From Spizellomyces punctatus DAOM BR117 (Eukaryota): 64,000 bases of DNA. Position numbers and translations under genes: made by a program. Location of the stretch: the NCBI GenBank assembly GCA_000182565.2, contig KQ257456.1, one strand, 5' to 3'. The notes beneath the pieces were generated by a model. The model worked only from the letters and a program-made list of their open reading frames with translations. It was not told the DNA's origin and did no database searches. This document shows positions 1 to 12,010 of this stretch, one piece after another (positions within the stretch are counted from its first letter, which is position 1; each line of letters starts with the position of its first letter).

Positions 1-153
1 CTGCTCGTCGGCTGGAGCGTGGGGAATAGGAGAGCTTGAAGGTGGGACGGCGTGATGGTGCGGTGGAAAGTCGGGGTCCAGGGAAAGCCCAGTGAGACGA
101 ACCATGGGATCGTCGTCATAGGGGCTTGAGCGGCGTGCCTTGAGTGATGCCAT
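1..153 (-). CDS. 5' part of a protein gene running off the left edge (MASLKARRSSPYDDDPMVRLTGLSLDP...), product unknown
   Basis: ATG at 153 opens an uninterrupted Pro/Ser-rich frame to position 1; pyrimidine-rich leader upstream on the minus strand. Confidence 0.55.
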   Translation of the reverse strand, partial: MASLKARRSSPYDDDPMVRLTGLSLDPDFPPHHHAVPPSSSPIPHAPADEQ

Positions 154-641
154 TGAAGAGATAGTGTGAGGGAGAACCGCGGGAAGGTGATCGGGTGAGA
201 ACCTTAGATCGGTTAGAATGGTCGCAACGTTAGCGGCAGGTGGGAAATGGGGGCAGGCGTTGTCGGGAGACGAAGGAGAAGAGGACGCCGTACGCAGAGG
301 GAGGGGGAAGGAGCGGAACGTGCGGGGCGTAGAAAGTGCAGGATGTGAGCGCTAAATTGCTGTGAGATGCCAGTTGATAGGGTGCAAAGCGCAGTTCAAG
401 AAGAAGAAGAGAAATGTAAATGTAGGAAAAAACGCGTCGATTGCCCTTTGGAGGGTTTTTTTGTCATTAACCCCAAATGTTCGTTGTCACGTTACAAGAG
501 AGGCACGGTGACTGAAAATATGGCACAGTTTCATTAGAGGATGGTTCAAGATTCCACAAAGGACTCCAAAGCAAACGCAATTCGATAAAAATTATAAATA
601 ACGGCCTTTTCTAACTGTGAGTTTTCCTACGCTAGTGCATA

Positions 642-2722
642 TCACCGTCGCTTTCCAGAACCTGGGCTCAATCGAGATCCATCATATGTCCCACGATATC
701 GCGGCTTGAACTTGTCCTGCAATTTTGAGTCCGTCCTAGAACTTCCACGTCCATTTCGATCCACAGGGTTTCGTATTCGATCTCGAAGGTCAGATTTCTT
801 CTCGGTGTGGCTGGTATAACTGTGTCGTTTTCTTTCGCGGTCATCCTCCCTGCTACTTTTGGGTCTGTCGGTGCGCCCACGACCATCACGAACAGAGTTT
901 GATCGCTTCATTGGGGTATCTCGTCGTGACCGTGGCGGTGAGAGGGATGACCTAGATGAACGCGAGGTAGATGATGGGGAAATCGATGTAAATCGTGTGT
1001 GCACTGGTTTTCTAGGTCGCTCACGAGATGGAGCGCGAGATTCACGATGTGGAGGTCTCTCGCGAGAATCACGATATGGTGGTCTTTCGCGAGAATCAGA
1101 TCTGCTCCGACTCCGTCGCCTTGGTGGGATGAAAACTTCTTGAGCTCGATAACGCTCGAATTTGTACTCTTGTCTAAGCGATTTCGTACTGAAGGCACCG
1201 TCTCGTGCTGGTCCTCGCCTTCGCGACCGTCCTTGATGAGGGCAGTCCTATAGAAGAATGTACCCGTTAAAATGCATGAAGAATAGCTATATATGAATTA
1301 TTCAACCTACGTCACCAAAATGTCCCTAAAATGCACATAAGAAGAAGAAAAATGAGTTCAATCGCCTGAGATCTATCTCACAAATGGACGTACCTCCAAC
1401 CCGCATTCGTAGCAGAAAATGTGCGCGTCTTTCTCATGCGGTACTGATTTAGAGCTTGACTAAAGATAATATTAGATTGAGAGATACATAGTAAGTCAGC
1501 CTTCACGACATCCTTACCAAGGCAGTATAAATATACTGTCGCCAGACACCTGGACACTCCTGTGCAAGACTTTAGTTCACCACCTATATTCTTCAACCTT
1601 AATGCCAATCAGTCATACCATAACCCGATGATGCTCTTTGCAAAAGGCACAGTCTCTATCGTCTCTAGATGCATCACAATCCTAATGGATGAACGTTAAT
1701 GGACAATAAGCTCAACTTTCTCACTGCCTATTTCCACACACCCACTTTATATTGATGGCCCCGTCGCCAGCAGCGGTAACATACATCGGCAAGCGGGCAT
1801 TTCAATGGCTCGTGATCAGCTTTACATAAGAAACATGCAGTTTCCTGATAAAATGAGCAAGGGTGTGAACCTTCGAACCAGTAGCAGTCCTGATCGCAGC
1901 TGCATGCCGAGACTCACCTTTTCAGGACACGACTTGGCCGTGTGGCCCGTCTTTCTGCAAAAGAGACACATGATTTCAGACCCGAAATATCTAGGCTGCG
2001 GATTATTAGTAAAGACTACGCTTCGAATGTTGTGTTTATATAATGTGTTTAACTGCCCATACATGGTTGAAGCTTGATTTTGTTAAGAAATCCTCCAGCT
2101 CCACGACATCCGTAGGAGCAGCGCTCTTGATTTTCATGACGGGTAGCGGTGCTTGGACGTCGACAGTATCGGGTTCATCGACGTCCGGTTGAGGGGCCTT
2201 CGGTAAAGGCGAAATTTGCTCATCCTCAGATATATCCATGTCTGAGGAACGTTTGTCATCCTCATCATCATTCAGCTTGGCATTCGTGAGGTCTTCTGGT
2301 AGAATATCACCCTTTGACAGATCCTCTGCATCATCATCACCTAGAGTAGGTCAAGTCGATTAAATTTTGGAAAAAGATACTACAAAAAAGCATAAAACCG
2401 TACCTTCCGCCTCCAAGGTGAAACTGTGATTATAATTTACATGTGCCAGCAGATTGTCCTCGAGATCACTCTCTGCACTGTTGAAAAGGATAAACGTAGT
2501 GATACTGTGAGCTGGGGCTCGTATATCGTACTGGTGAAAAAGGTCCAGTACTCAACTTAGCACTGCAGTAGTATGGTGACCAGAGCAGCGCGTGCCATAG
2601 AACGCCAGCAACTAAAAGTACCTGTCAGTGTGCTCTGCGTCCACACTTTCTAGAGGGTCCTTGTAAAGTTCGTCTTCGTACAAGCGTCGTTCCGAATCAT
2701 CATTGTCGTAACCATCCATCAT
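642..2722 (-). CDS. AIR2: Air1/Air2 (ZCCHC7-like) zinc-knuckle subunit of TRAMP, multi-exon, with long Arg/Ser-rich C-terminus
   Basis: Acidic N-terminus MDGYDNDDSERRLYEDELY; PRYF followed by CLFCRKTGHTAKSC; CPGVWRQY (IWRxY motif); spliced last knuckle FCYECGLE|GHFGD|DCP. Confidence 0.85.
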
Positions 2723-2990
2723 GGATCAAGCGGAGAGAAATCAGCAGCCGAGCCAAGACGGAACACCAGGCTTCTCGACGCCTCTGCGCACAAGCAACAC
2801 GGCTGCTAGCGAGTAGAAGCACCTTTCCCAGCTCCAATTTGACATGAACTGCAAGCCAGAGCTTTTGGAGCGCAGCAATCGTGTTGATATGGCAACAAGC
2901 ACGTTGTGGCTTACGACATCTTCAGCGATGCGTGAAAGTCCACCGACACAGTGCGTCAAAAGGATACTTTGCACAAGAATTAGGATCATT

Positions 2991-3897
2991 TCAACCAGTT
3001 ATTTTGGCCATTACAGGAAAATGATCGGAAGGGTACCTCCCATTTTCGCCATGATGCCTAACAATATCTGCATCAACCACTTTTAGCCTATTCTCTGGGG
3101 ATCTCATCCAGATGAAATCTATCTTTGGTGGGATCGCAGAGCCCGTAAAATCGTGAAAAGTGGCCCTATCCTTACCCCAGATATTAGGATGTAACAATTC
3201 ATATGTGTCCATAAAGCCTGCACGGCGCATTTGCACCACTTCGTCAGCGTCCTCCTCAAAATTGTTGAAATCCCCCGTGACAAACACATCTGGAACACCA
3301 AAGCCCTTCACGCGGTCAAGGACAAGAGCAATGCCCTTGGCGCGAGCCATGCGGCTTATATTGTCAAGATGGGTATTGAAAACAGCCATCCGCTTGCCTG
3401 ACCTTTCCAATTCAGCAAAGGTGCAAATACGCTGACAGCTCGCCCCCCATCCTTTTGGGCCAGGATGATCAGGGGTCTCGCTCAACCAGAAGGTACCGCT
3501 CCGAATAAGCTGAAACTTTGCACGATCGTATAGAATGCAGCTGAACTCGCCTGCCTCTCGGCCATCCTCCCGCCCCACCCCTGCAGTGAATCCCCTATTA
3601 ACCCTCTGCGAAGTCAAAAGTCAAGGATATCCAACCCACCAACTAACTCGTAGCTCTTTTTCGATACGCCATCCAAGGTTTCTCGAATTTGCCACAACTC
3701 GGCTTCCTGTAAACAGAGTATGTCTGGATCAAGCATATCGATTGTCTAATGCCTTCTAGGTTAATACTAGGTCAGGGCACCAGAACCCGTACTGATAAGG
3801 ATACCTTGTAAGCCAGGCTGCGGCGAAATTCCCAGCTATTGGGGCCATCATTTGCAGAACCAAAGCGAACATTAAAGCTGACTATGGTGATGTCCAT
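2991..3897 (-). CDS. Endonuclease/exonuclease/phosphatase (EEP) family protein, spliced
   Basis: MDITIVSFNVR start; GTFWLSETPD, NTHLD, TGDFN, KIDFIW and YPSDHFPV motifs. Confidence 0.9.
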
Positions 3898-4136
3898 GCT
3901 TCCAGCAATGTGTCGTCCAAAGGAAAAATGATGGGGGAAATGACACTGGTCGGTCCAAATGGTGTCCTATTGCATTACCTGTCGGACTCACGCGTCAGGT
4001 CGCACTGACACCCTATATCCTGATTTGTCAGCATTGGCTATTCGGCGACTCAGACTGTTCGCGACATGACCTGAACATCCCGCTAGACAGATCACCTTCT
4101 CTACCACGAATACCTTACGGAACACCCTCGTAGAGA

Positions 4137-6535
4137 ATGGAGATAGTCTACGTCTATCAGAAGAAGCGCAAGGACTTTGGTCGGCAGCCGACATTCGGGG
4201 ATCGGACGGCTGTCCTTGGGCTGAACATACTATCCGATCCAACTTTGATGCGAAATTATGTGGAGCGAAATCCATGCCAAGCAGAGGTTCAGAGCGTTCC
4301 AGAAAAGTCCGAGCATGAGGTTGGCTATTTTTTCAATGGATTGCAGTCTTCATGTACAAAACTGGTCGATCTAACCGTTGGCATTGCTCCGATGGGAAGG
4401 TTAACACCGAGAGTTTCGTGCTGTCCAACAGAGGAATTCTCCATACACAAGGTGGATGGCCGAAGGATGTTGACGCGACAGATGTGGAGCACACAATTAG
4501 ATACCGGAAAAAGGTTGAGAAGGATGATGAGTACATTCGGGCGGTGCAAAGCATGGGAAATGTATGTCTTTCGTTGGATTATCGTCCATTGTGCGGAGTT
4601 TTCCCCAAATGGAACAGAATCTTACTTGCAACTCATTAAAGGCTATGGAACATTGCATAAAGCAAAATAACGCAATCGACATTTACGAAGAATATTTCGC
4701 AGACGGACCCGACGCAATATCGGTTGAGACACCGTCTGCCAAATCCCTCAATGTCTACAGGTCAAAAAACTTGAAGCACTCAATTGCACCCCAATAACTC
4801 ACAAAACAAATTAATTCTCAACAGAGACCCCAATCCACTGAAGCGGGCTGCGACATACGTATCTTGGTACCCGGACGACGGCCATAAAATCGCTGTAGCG
4901 TACTCCATGCTTCAGTTTCAATCCATGCCGGCAAACATGTCCTACGATTCCTATATTTGGGACGTAGAGAACCCAAATACCCCCGATCAGACCCTCACGC
5001 CGCCATCACCTTTGGTGAGCATCAAGTACAATCCCAAGGACCCGCACGTGCTCGTCGGTGGATGCTACAATGGGCTTATATGTCAGTACAGTCAATCACA
5101 CTTACCCGCATATGCCATGCTAAAGTATTTGCTACGATTTAGCATTCTGGGATACCAGGAAAGGCTCGTTTCCAGTAGATACATCAGCGGTCGACAAAAG
5201 CCATCGGGACCCTGTATATAACTTGTCGTGGGTACAGTCGAAATCTGGTAAGTTGACCGCCGTTGGAAGAAAGTTAGCATCTAAGATATGTAGACCGACT
5301 GACGTCTGTGCTTGAATAAGGCTCCGAATTCTTTTCAGTATCCTCCGATGGACAAGTTCTTTGGTGGGACATTAGGAAATTGGCAGAGCCGACAGAAAGC
5401 CTCTTGCTGGACCCGGAGAAGAACGGTCAGATTGTTGGAGGCACGGTCGTAGACTACGAAACAACCATGGTACGCATGTGGAATTCATGATAGGGCCGCA
5501 ACCCACATAACCGTGCATTGAACGAAACCTTGCGTTTGCAGCCAACAAAGTTCATGGTGGGCGGCGAGAATGGATCCGTTTTCATGTGCAACAAAAAAGC
5601 CAAAAACCCATCAGAGAAGATCACCCACATCTACCCCGGCCATCACGGACCCGTTTTAGCGTTACAGGTCAGCGCGGTGGTATCGTTGTCGTTGCATCCA
5701 CCGTACATGCGCTAAATTGTTACGAACTGTAGCGTAACCCGTTCTTCCTCAAAAATTTCCTAACGGTTGGAGATTGGAAAGCACAGGTATACCATTTATA
5801 ATCATAAATCCCGACAGAATTCCCAAACATTTAACAATCTATACTTTTCGTAGATCTGGGCGGAAGATATACGATCTCCTATAATGTCTACTAGATACGC
5901 ACCATCCTACCTTACAGATGCATGCTGGAGTCCGACTCGTCCATCAGTCTTCTTCACTTCCAAACTGGACGGAACTGTTGATGTGTGGGACTACCTCTTC
6001 AAGCAGAACGATCCGACATTGACCGTTCAGGTATAAAAAATCGGGACTAGCAATCGTTTATCGAACCAAGTAACTGATTTTGATGTATTCTGCAAGGTCT
6101 GCAACTCCCCTATCCATTCAATCAAGATTCAGGAGCACGGCAGGCACATTGCCACCACAGCTCGGGACGGGTCGACGACCATTCTCGAGCTGTCTGATGG
6201 TCTAACTCGTCTCCAAAACAATGAAAAATCAATCTTTTCTCAGGTACTGCTGAAGTAGCGTCTGTTTGCATTGAATGTTCAAGCTAACACTCTTGAGACA
6301 GATGCTGGAACGAGAAGCCAAAAGAGAGAAAACACTTGAAAGTAGCGCTAGAGAAAAGCGATTAAAGGCGGCACAAAAGCGGCCCAATTCTGCTGCTGTC
6401 AAATTGACTGGAGCAGCCTTAGATGATCTCATTAAGCAGGCCGAGGACGATTTCTTTTCGTTTATAGATGATGGCAGCGGAACAGCTAGAGAAAAAGCCA
6501 TGGCCCGAGCGCGAGACGAAGTAAAAGCGCAATGA
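4137..6535 (+). CDS. DNAI2: Axonemal outer-arm dynein intermediate chain 2 (WD40), multi-exon
   Basis: Diagnostic N-terminus [48 protein letters not shown] repeats; C-terminal [10 protein letters not shown] coiled coil. Confidence 0.95.
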
Positions 6536-6676
6536 AAGTAGGAGAGTTGGGGGAAGGGCTTACGTTTTCGTTGTATAATGTATTACATCTTACTTTTGTT
6601 CTACTGGAGCACGACAAAACTGTTTTTGTGACACATCACGGATATGCCATTGATAGACGCATGCTTGGGAGGTCAC

Positions 6677-9600
6677 TTAATTGATCTTCATCTTCTTCGT
6701 CATCTCCAGTATCCTTTTCCATCCTTTGCATGATTGCAACCCGCTTTGCCATGCGCATGGCCTAGTCAACGGGAAGGCATCAATTATTAGTAACTTTTGC
6801 TGTCGCGCGGACCCGCAACTGCACACACTGACCTCTTCCTCTATGGCTTGTTCGTCCAGCACGTCATTCTCCACATGTCCATGTAAAATGTCCTCAATCT
6901 CCTCTTGCATCCCTGCGTTAGCCTCTGGCGAATCGCCCAGTGTCGAGGTTTCTCGCCCGCTCCGCGGTCCACCCATCTCGCCTGCAGTTCCAGGCGAGCT
7001 AAAATAGGCGTCATTCATAAAATCTGTGGCGACAAGCGCTTGTGGGACCCAATGACTCAAGTAGCAGCAATAGAGGGAAATGTACGATCCAATAAGGGCC
7101 AGTCGCTCTAGGGGAACGATGTCTTTACCCACGTCCAGCTCAGAGAGACGGTATCGCATGCGCTTCATGCGGGTTGGAGCACCAGGGAGAATCTGCCCCA
7201 ACGCTTCGTCAAAGTCATCATAGCTGAGGAAACCTTGTTCTTGGTAATCGAAGCGTTTTAATGTGCGGAAGAACTATGGTGAAAGGTAGAGGCTTCAGCG
7301 GTGGACCATAGACATGAATACCCTTACTCATAGCCGTACTCACAAACTTTTGATTGGGCTCAATATTTGTTCGCAGCATGTGCATCAAGTGCTCTTCCAC
7401 CATCTCCTTCGAAAATCGATTCTTGCTGAATGCGACAAACTCTAACTCCATTTGATCATATATCTCTTTCTAAGGAAATTGCATTAATATCAGGCCAACA
7501 TTCTATCGATTGGTTTTGCATTGGACTTTACCGTTCTACTCGGATAGATGATTTGAATGATTTTCCGGTACGCTGCAGCGTCGAGCACCTCGTACGTGGC
7601 AAACAGTTTGCGTGCAAGTGTAATATATTTCCACATGGCATCTTCTTCTTCACTGAGATGACGAACAAAAATAGCAACAGCCTAGTGTACGTAGGTTATA
7701 AAAAAGGCAACAATAAACCATAGCGCCCAAAACGAGGTAGTATTACTCACTGAAGAAGTCTCCTCGTTGTGCTGCAGAGCGGTGAATATGTCGTGGATGG
7801 CTTTTCGCGCAATCTCCTTGATTTGGTATCGATTTTCCATCAGTTCATAGAAAAAGTCCTGTTGGAAACAAGTTAACATGCCTGTATTCACTCACCCGGC
7901 ATGATACAGCACGACACATTTCATACCACAAATTTGGTCAACGCCCGATCACGCTGCAAATCCTTTTCGATATCTTCCTCAAACGCCCATCGGGTATCGT
8001 AAATCTCTTGGATAAACCCAAGCAACTTGTTGAGGGGTATGGGGCGGCTGATGCGAGGTCTTGTTCCTCCTCGACTCTCGTAAAATCCTTGCCATATCTT
8101 TTTAAACGATTTGGATACCTTTGGAACAACCAAATCAGTTCGGGTCTCGCTGCGCGATATAGATGCTTTTAAAAGCGTACCTCCATGCTTTCATCCTCTG
8201 TCACCCAAGTTTCCTCCGATGGCTCTACCAGTCTGTTGGCGAGATTGGCTTCAAAAGTCAGGCGGTTGAAATTCGTCCGGAGGCGCAAGGAAGGGTGTGT
8301 AAATTTCAGATGTGTGATGCCTAAGGGTATTCGAACAGTTTCGCTGTACAATGTCCTGTGGGGACAAACAACTGTCTGGAAGGAGCAGAAATACATTTTA
8401 GATGGTAATGATCATTCTGAGTGATGAAGCATTGGACGTACCCTGTCACCACATTTGTTACAGTATTGCATCGTTTTGCAGGGATAAAACGTTTGTCCGT
8501 CATCTTCCGAGTAATGAAGTGCGAATGCGTATTTTCGCAACGCTTCATCAGCAGTTCTTTGGACGGCAGCCATTAATTTGTCCCCAGCATAATTGGCCAA
8601 TACAATCTTGAGTGCCTGGATGTGCTTCTTCAATAGTTGCTGCTCCTCCAATAAATCCGCGACACGTTTTTTAAACCCATTGACAATATCGTTGAGCTAC
8701 CCAAGTAGAGATAAAGGCGTAAATGACCACATTTCACTCACTGGCGTAACCAAATTATGACGCATTACCTCAATCCTGTAGGACTCCTCCCTCTCCTCTT
8801 CGTTCGTCGTAACACCTGCTAGAATTTCCCGCTTTTTACGAAGCTGCGCCAGCGCAGATTCGTAGTCGTCCAACTGCCAGTTTAGAATATCAGCAAACTG
8901 CTCTTCCAGGCGCTCCGCTTGGTAAATATCGTATTCGACCATGCCCTGTTATTTCATAAAATGTCAGAGCTGAGAAAGGTTATCTGGTGGTGTAGTGCTT
9001 TTGAATTAACTTACCTGGGAATCAATGACTAATTGTTGCTTGCTTTTGTCTTTTTCTTCCTCATATGTTCCCTCTATGTGCATGAATTGTCAGCTTTTCT
9101 ACTGGCGCGAACCCCACTAGGCATCACAACTCACCTTCCGTAGGTTCATCATAAGCGGACTTGAAAACGGTCAATTTCTCGATAATATGGTTTGACTGAG
9201 CAAGTGACGTCTACATGAAAGGGATGGGGAGCATATAAACAAACGCACGCGAATATTTTCAATGTGAACCAAGCATCCAGCTAACCTGCAAATCCTCAAT
9301 AACACGCTTCAACCCTTCCTCAGCCTTGGTATGCACAGTCTTCAGACTCCCCTTCTCACCCTCCTGCTTTCGAATAACTTCCTCCAATCCCGAGATCTCC
9401 TCTCTCAATTTTCGTTCGCTCGCTTCACGATCGCTAATTTCTTGCCTACAAAGAAAAGGCCACCCAACAAAAAACTGGTGTTGTAGATCGTCATCAATTT
9501 AACGGCATATGGGATGCACAGGAGCTGGGGTTACGTACTTTAGAGCGAGATTTTTGCGTTGGAGGATTTGGAGGTCGTATTCGCGGAATTTGAGCTTTTG

Positions 9601-10207
9601 TTGGAGTTCCGTGAGGGTTTCAGTGGTTTTCACGCCTTCGGTTGTTCTTTATTTGTTTTATTTTTGAGGAAGGAGTAGAGTTATCAGCATCAAGTTCTAG
9701 CAGTGGTGGTTACATCCGTCACCAACCTCGCCTCACAGATCCGATTCACAGCACTAAAATAGGGTAATCTTTCCACAAAGGGTTCCTCTGACGACGATGT
9801 GAGGTCCTCTGAGTACACTGAACTATACAGCTCATCCTTGATTAACCGGACAATGGGACCCAGAGTGCCCAAGAAAGGAATAATCTCGCTGAGAATGGCA
9901 AAACATCCAGAAGCTCGTTCTCGACTGGGTTGGGTGGGATACTTTTCAAATAGCTCTTTGAGCTGAACTTCGTATTGGAGGACTTTTTTGAGATATGGTT
10001 AACTGACGAGTTCCAAAAAAGGTATTCTTTGGTGAATGTGCTTGTACACATACCATGAGATCGAGGTGATATTCGCACCCGTTCTGTGGATCGAACGCTT
10101 GAATTGCTGTGGGAAATCATATCTTTGCCCACCCTTGTGGAAACCATTCCGCAGTTTTCGTTGATCACACCTGGAAAAACAGAAACTACTACAAAGCGAC
10201 TGTCCAT
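6677..10207 (-). CDS. Large multi-exon coiled-coil protein with a CxxC segment and a C-terminal EF-hand-like loop; loosely TSNAXIP1-like, possibly ciliary
   Basis: Consecutive exons splice into a continuous protein (LQQKLKFREYDLQ..., YCNKCGD|RTVVCPH, DFFYELMENRYQ, FDYQEQGFLSYDDF); family identity and 5' exon structure uncertain. Confidence 0.6.
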
Positions 10208-10509
10208 TAAAACTCCGATGCGATCACGTGGTTTTGAGAATTCTAGTTGTTAAAGACACCTGTCACCCACGTTTGATGGATATAGTTGAAAATTATAGAG
10301 AAAAACATGGCATGAAACCTTACATTAAATGGAATTCACATAATATGTATTTGTGTGCACCGTTCATGAAACATAAAAAGTTCCACCCAGTCGCCAGATA
10401 ATCCACCCAATGCAAAATATCCACAATTACGCCATACATCCCCAATAAGCCATGACCAAGAAAAAAACATCGACATCAGAAAACCATTTGCCCAAACATG
10501 TACATCCTC

Positions 10510-11846
10510 TCACCGACACTGCGCAACACACAACGCCTCAATAGAATCCCCAAAATACGACGGCTCCTCATCCGAGATTGCTTTCCAAACCTTTTGGGCA
10601 TGGGGTGAACCCATGACATGGAGACAGCTCCACGCTGGTGCCGTAAAGGCCTTGTCGCCATAATCAGCATAGGGACGACCATCAAGGTGATCTAGAACAT
10701 CAATTTAGCAAAAAAAAAGAAGTGGAAAACAGACAGGACACGTACACCCAGCACGGATTTCCTCCTGTCCATCAAAAAATCGTGCCATGGCTTGCAACAC
10801 AGGGACCACACGCTGGTCTCCCGTTTCTCTTAAATACGCAGCTAGCCTCCACGGCGTCCGACACGCATTATAATGAAAATCCTTATCGTGTTTGCTTTCG
10901 AGGACTTGAGATTTGACGGGTATCCAATGTCCATGGTGTATCGTGGCAAAATCGGGGAGGAGACCAATGGGGTGTGCTGTATGGAGGTGTTGGATGATGG
11001 TGATGGTGTTGTCTAGGAGGCGTTGCCATCCACTTGCGCGTTCCGTGTCACGGCGGGCAAAGACGGCCACGGCGCTAAGGATGAAATCCGAGGTTCGAGT
11101 AATGTGCCAAAACTGGGAACATATCAGTACACATCCATCTTACCAAACATTCTAAACCAAAGATACCTTTTTGTCGTCCCTTGTCACCCAATCCCCAAGT
11201 AAAAAACACCACAACTCTTGATTGACAGTATGTTCCCAGATCGCCTTGCAAAGATCCACAGCCCTCCTCGCATAATCACTCGGAACCGCTCGTCCATTAA
11301 CATCACCCATCATAGGCCACTTGTCCGCAGCAAGGAACAAGGCATGCGCAATATCAATGTCACCATCCGTGGCGGAATTGCAGCCCCCATCGGGAGTATT
11401 GACTAGACGCCCAGAGTGGTCCCGGATTTGTTGCCACGATAGGAGACCTTTCTGGTTTCGAAAGACGTCAAAGTACCGGACGAAACCTTTATGACGTCAG
11501 GCTCAACGTCCTGGGATATAACACAGTTCAGTGAAAAACTCACCATCGAAATCCTGTTGGTTATTGTTATACACCGACAACAACATTCCTTTTCAAAGGC
11601 GCATTCAATCTCTAATCTCACGCTTTTCCTGCATTATCTTACAACATACCATACCCATGTGCCTACAAATCAACAAGCCTCCCATCAGTGGCAGTACGGG
11701 ATGGTAGCAACCAGAAATATATATACCTCTGAGCACGTAACAGCGTTCTTTGGGTCAGCTTCCTGCTTCTGATTATAGTCGACATAATATATGTTTCCGG
11801 CAGCACGTACGTACTGTGCCCTCCATCGTGCGTAAATGTCAGACAT
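10510..11846 (-). CDS. Glycoside hydrolase family 8 (GH8b-like chitosanase/beta-glucanase), multi-exon, no evident signal peptide
   Basis: Spliced TCSE|AHGY|GMLL (catalytic Glu), NSATDGDIDIAHALFLAADKW (GH8 signature), GLLPDF, LESKHDKDFHYNACRTPWRL, YFGDSI. Confidence 0.9.
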
Positions 11847-12010
11847 CCTAGATGCGAAAATGCTGGGAATGTCATCGGCGTTAACGTTGACCCATTATGC
11901 GGGTCCCTCCGCCTATGGGTGGCTTAGGCCGGCGATCATGAGTGGCTTAGTGATTAGGTATTTTGGCATCACAAGCCAAGCCAGATACAAAGGATATTTG
12001 CGTAAAATTC

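Noticed and set aside
859-1253. Plus-strand ORFs over the Air2 tail, and similar antisense ORFs over urease, AFG3, GMC and CLC
   Set aside because: Shadows of well-supported genes on the opposite strand; no independent motifs
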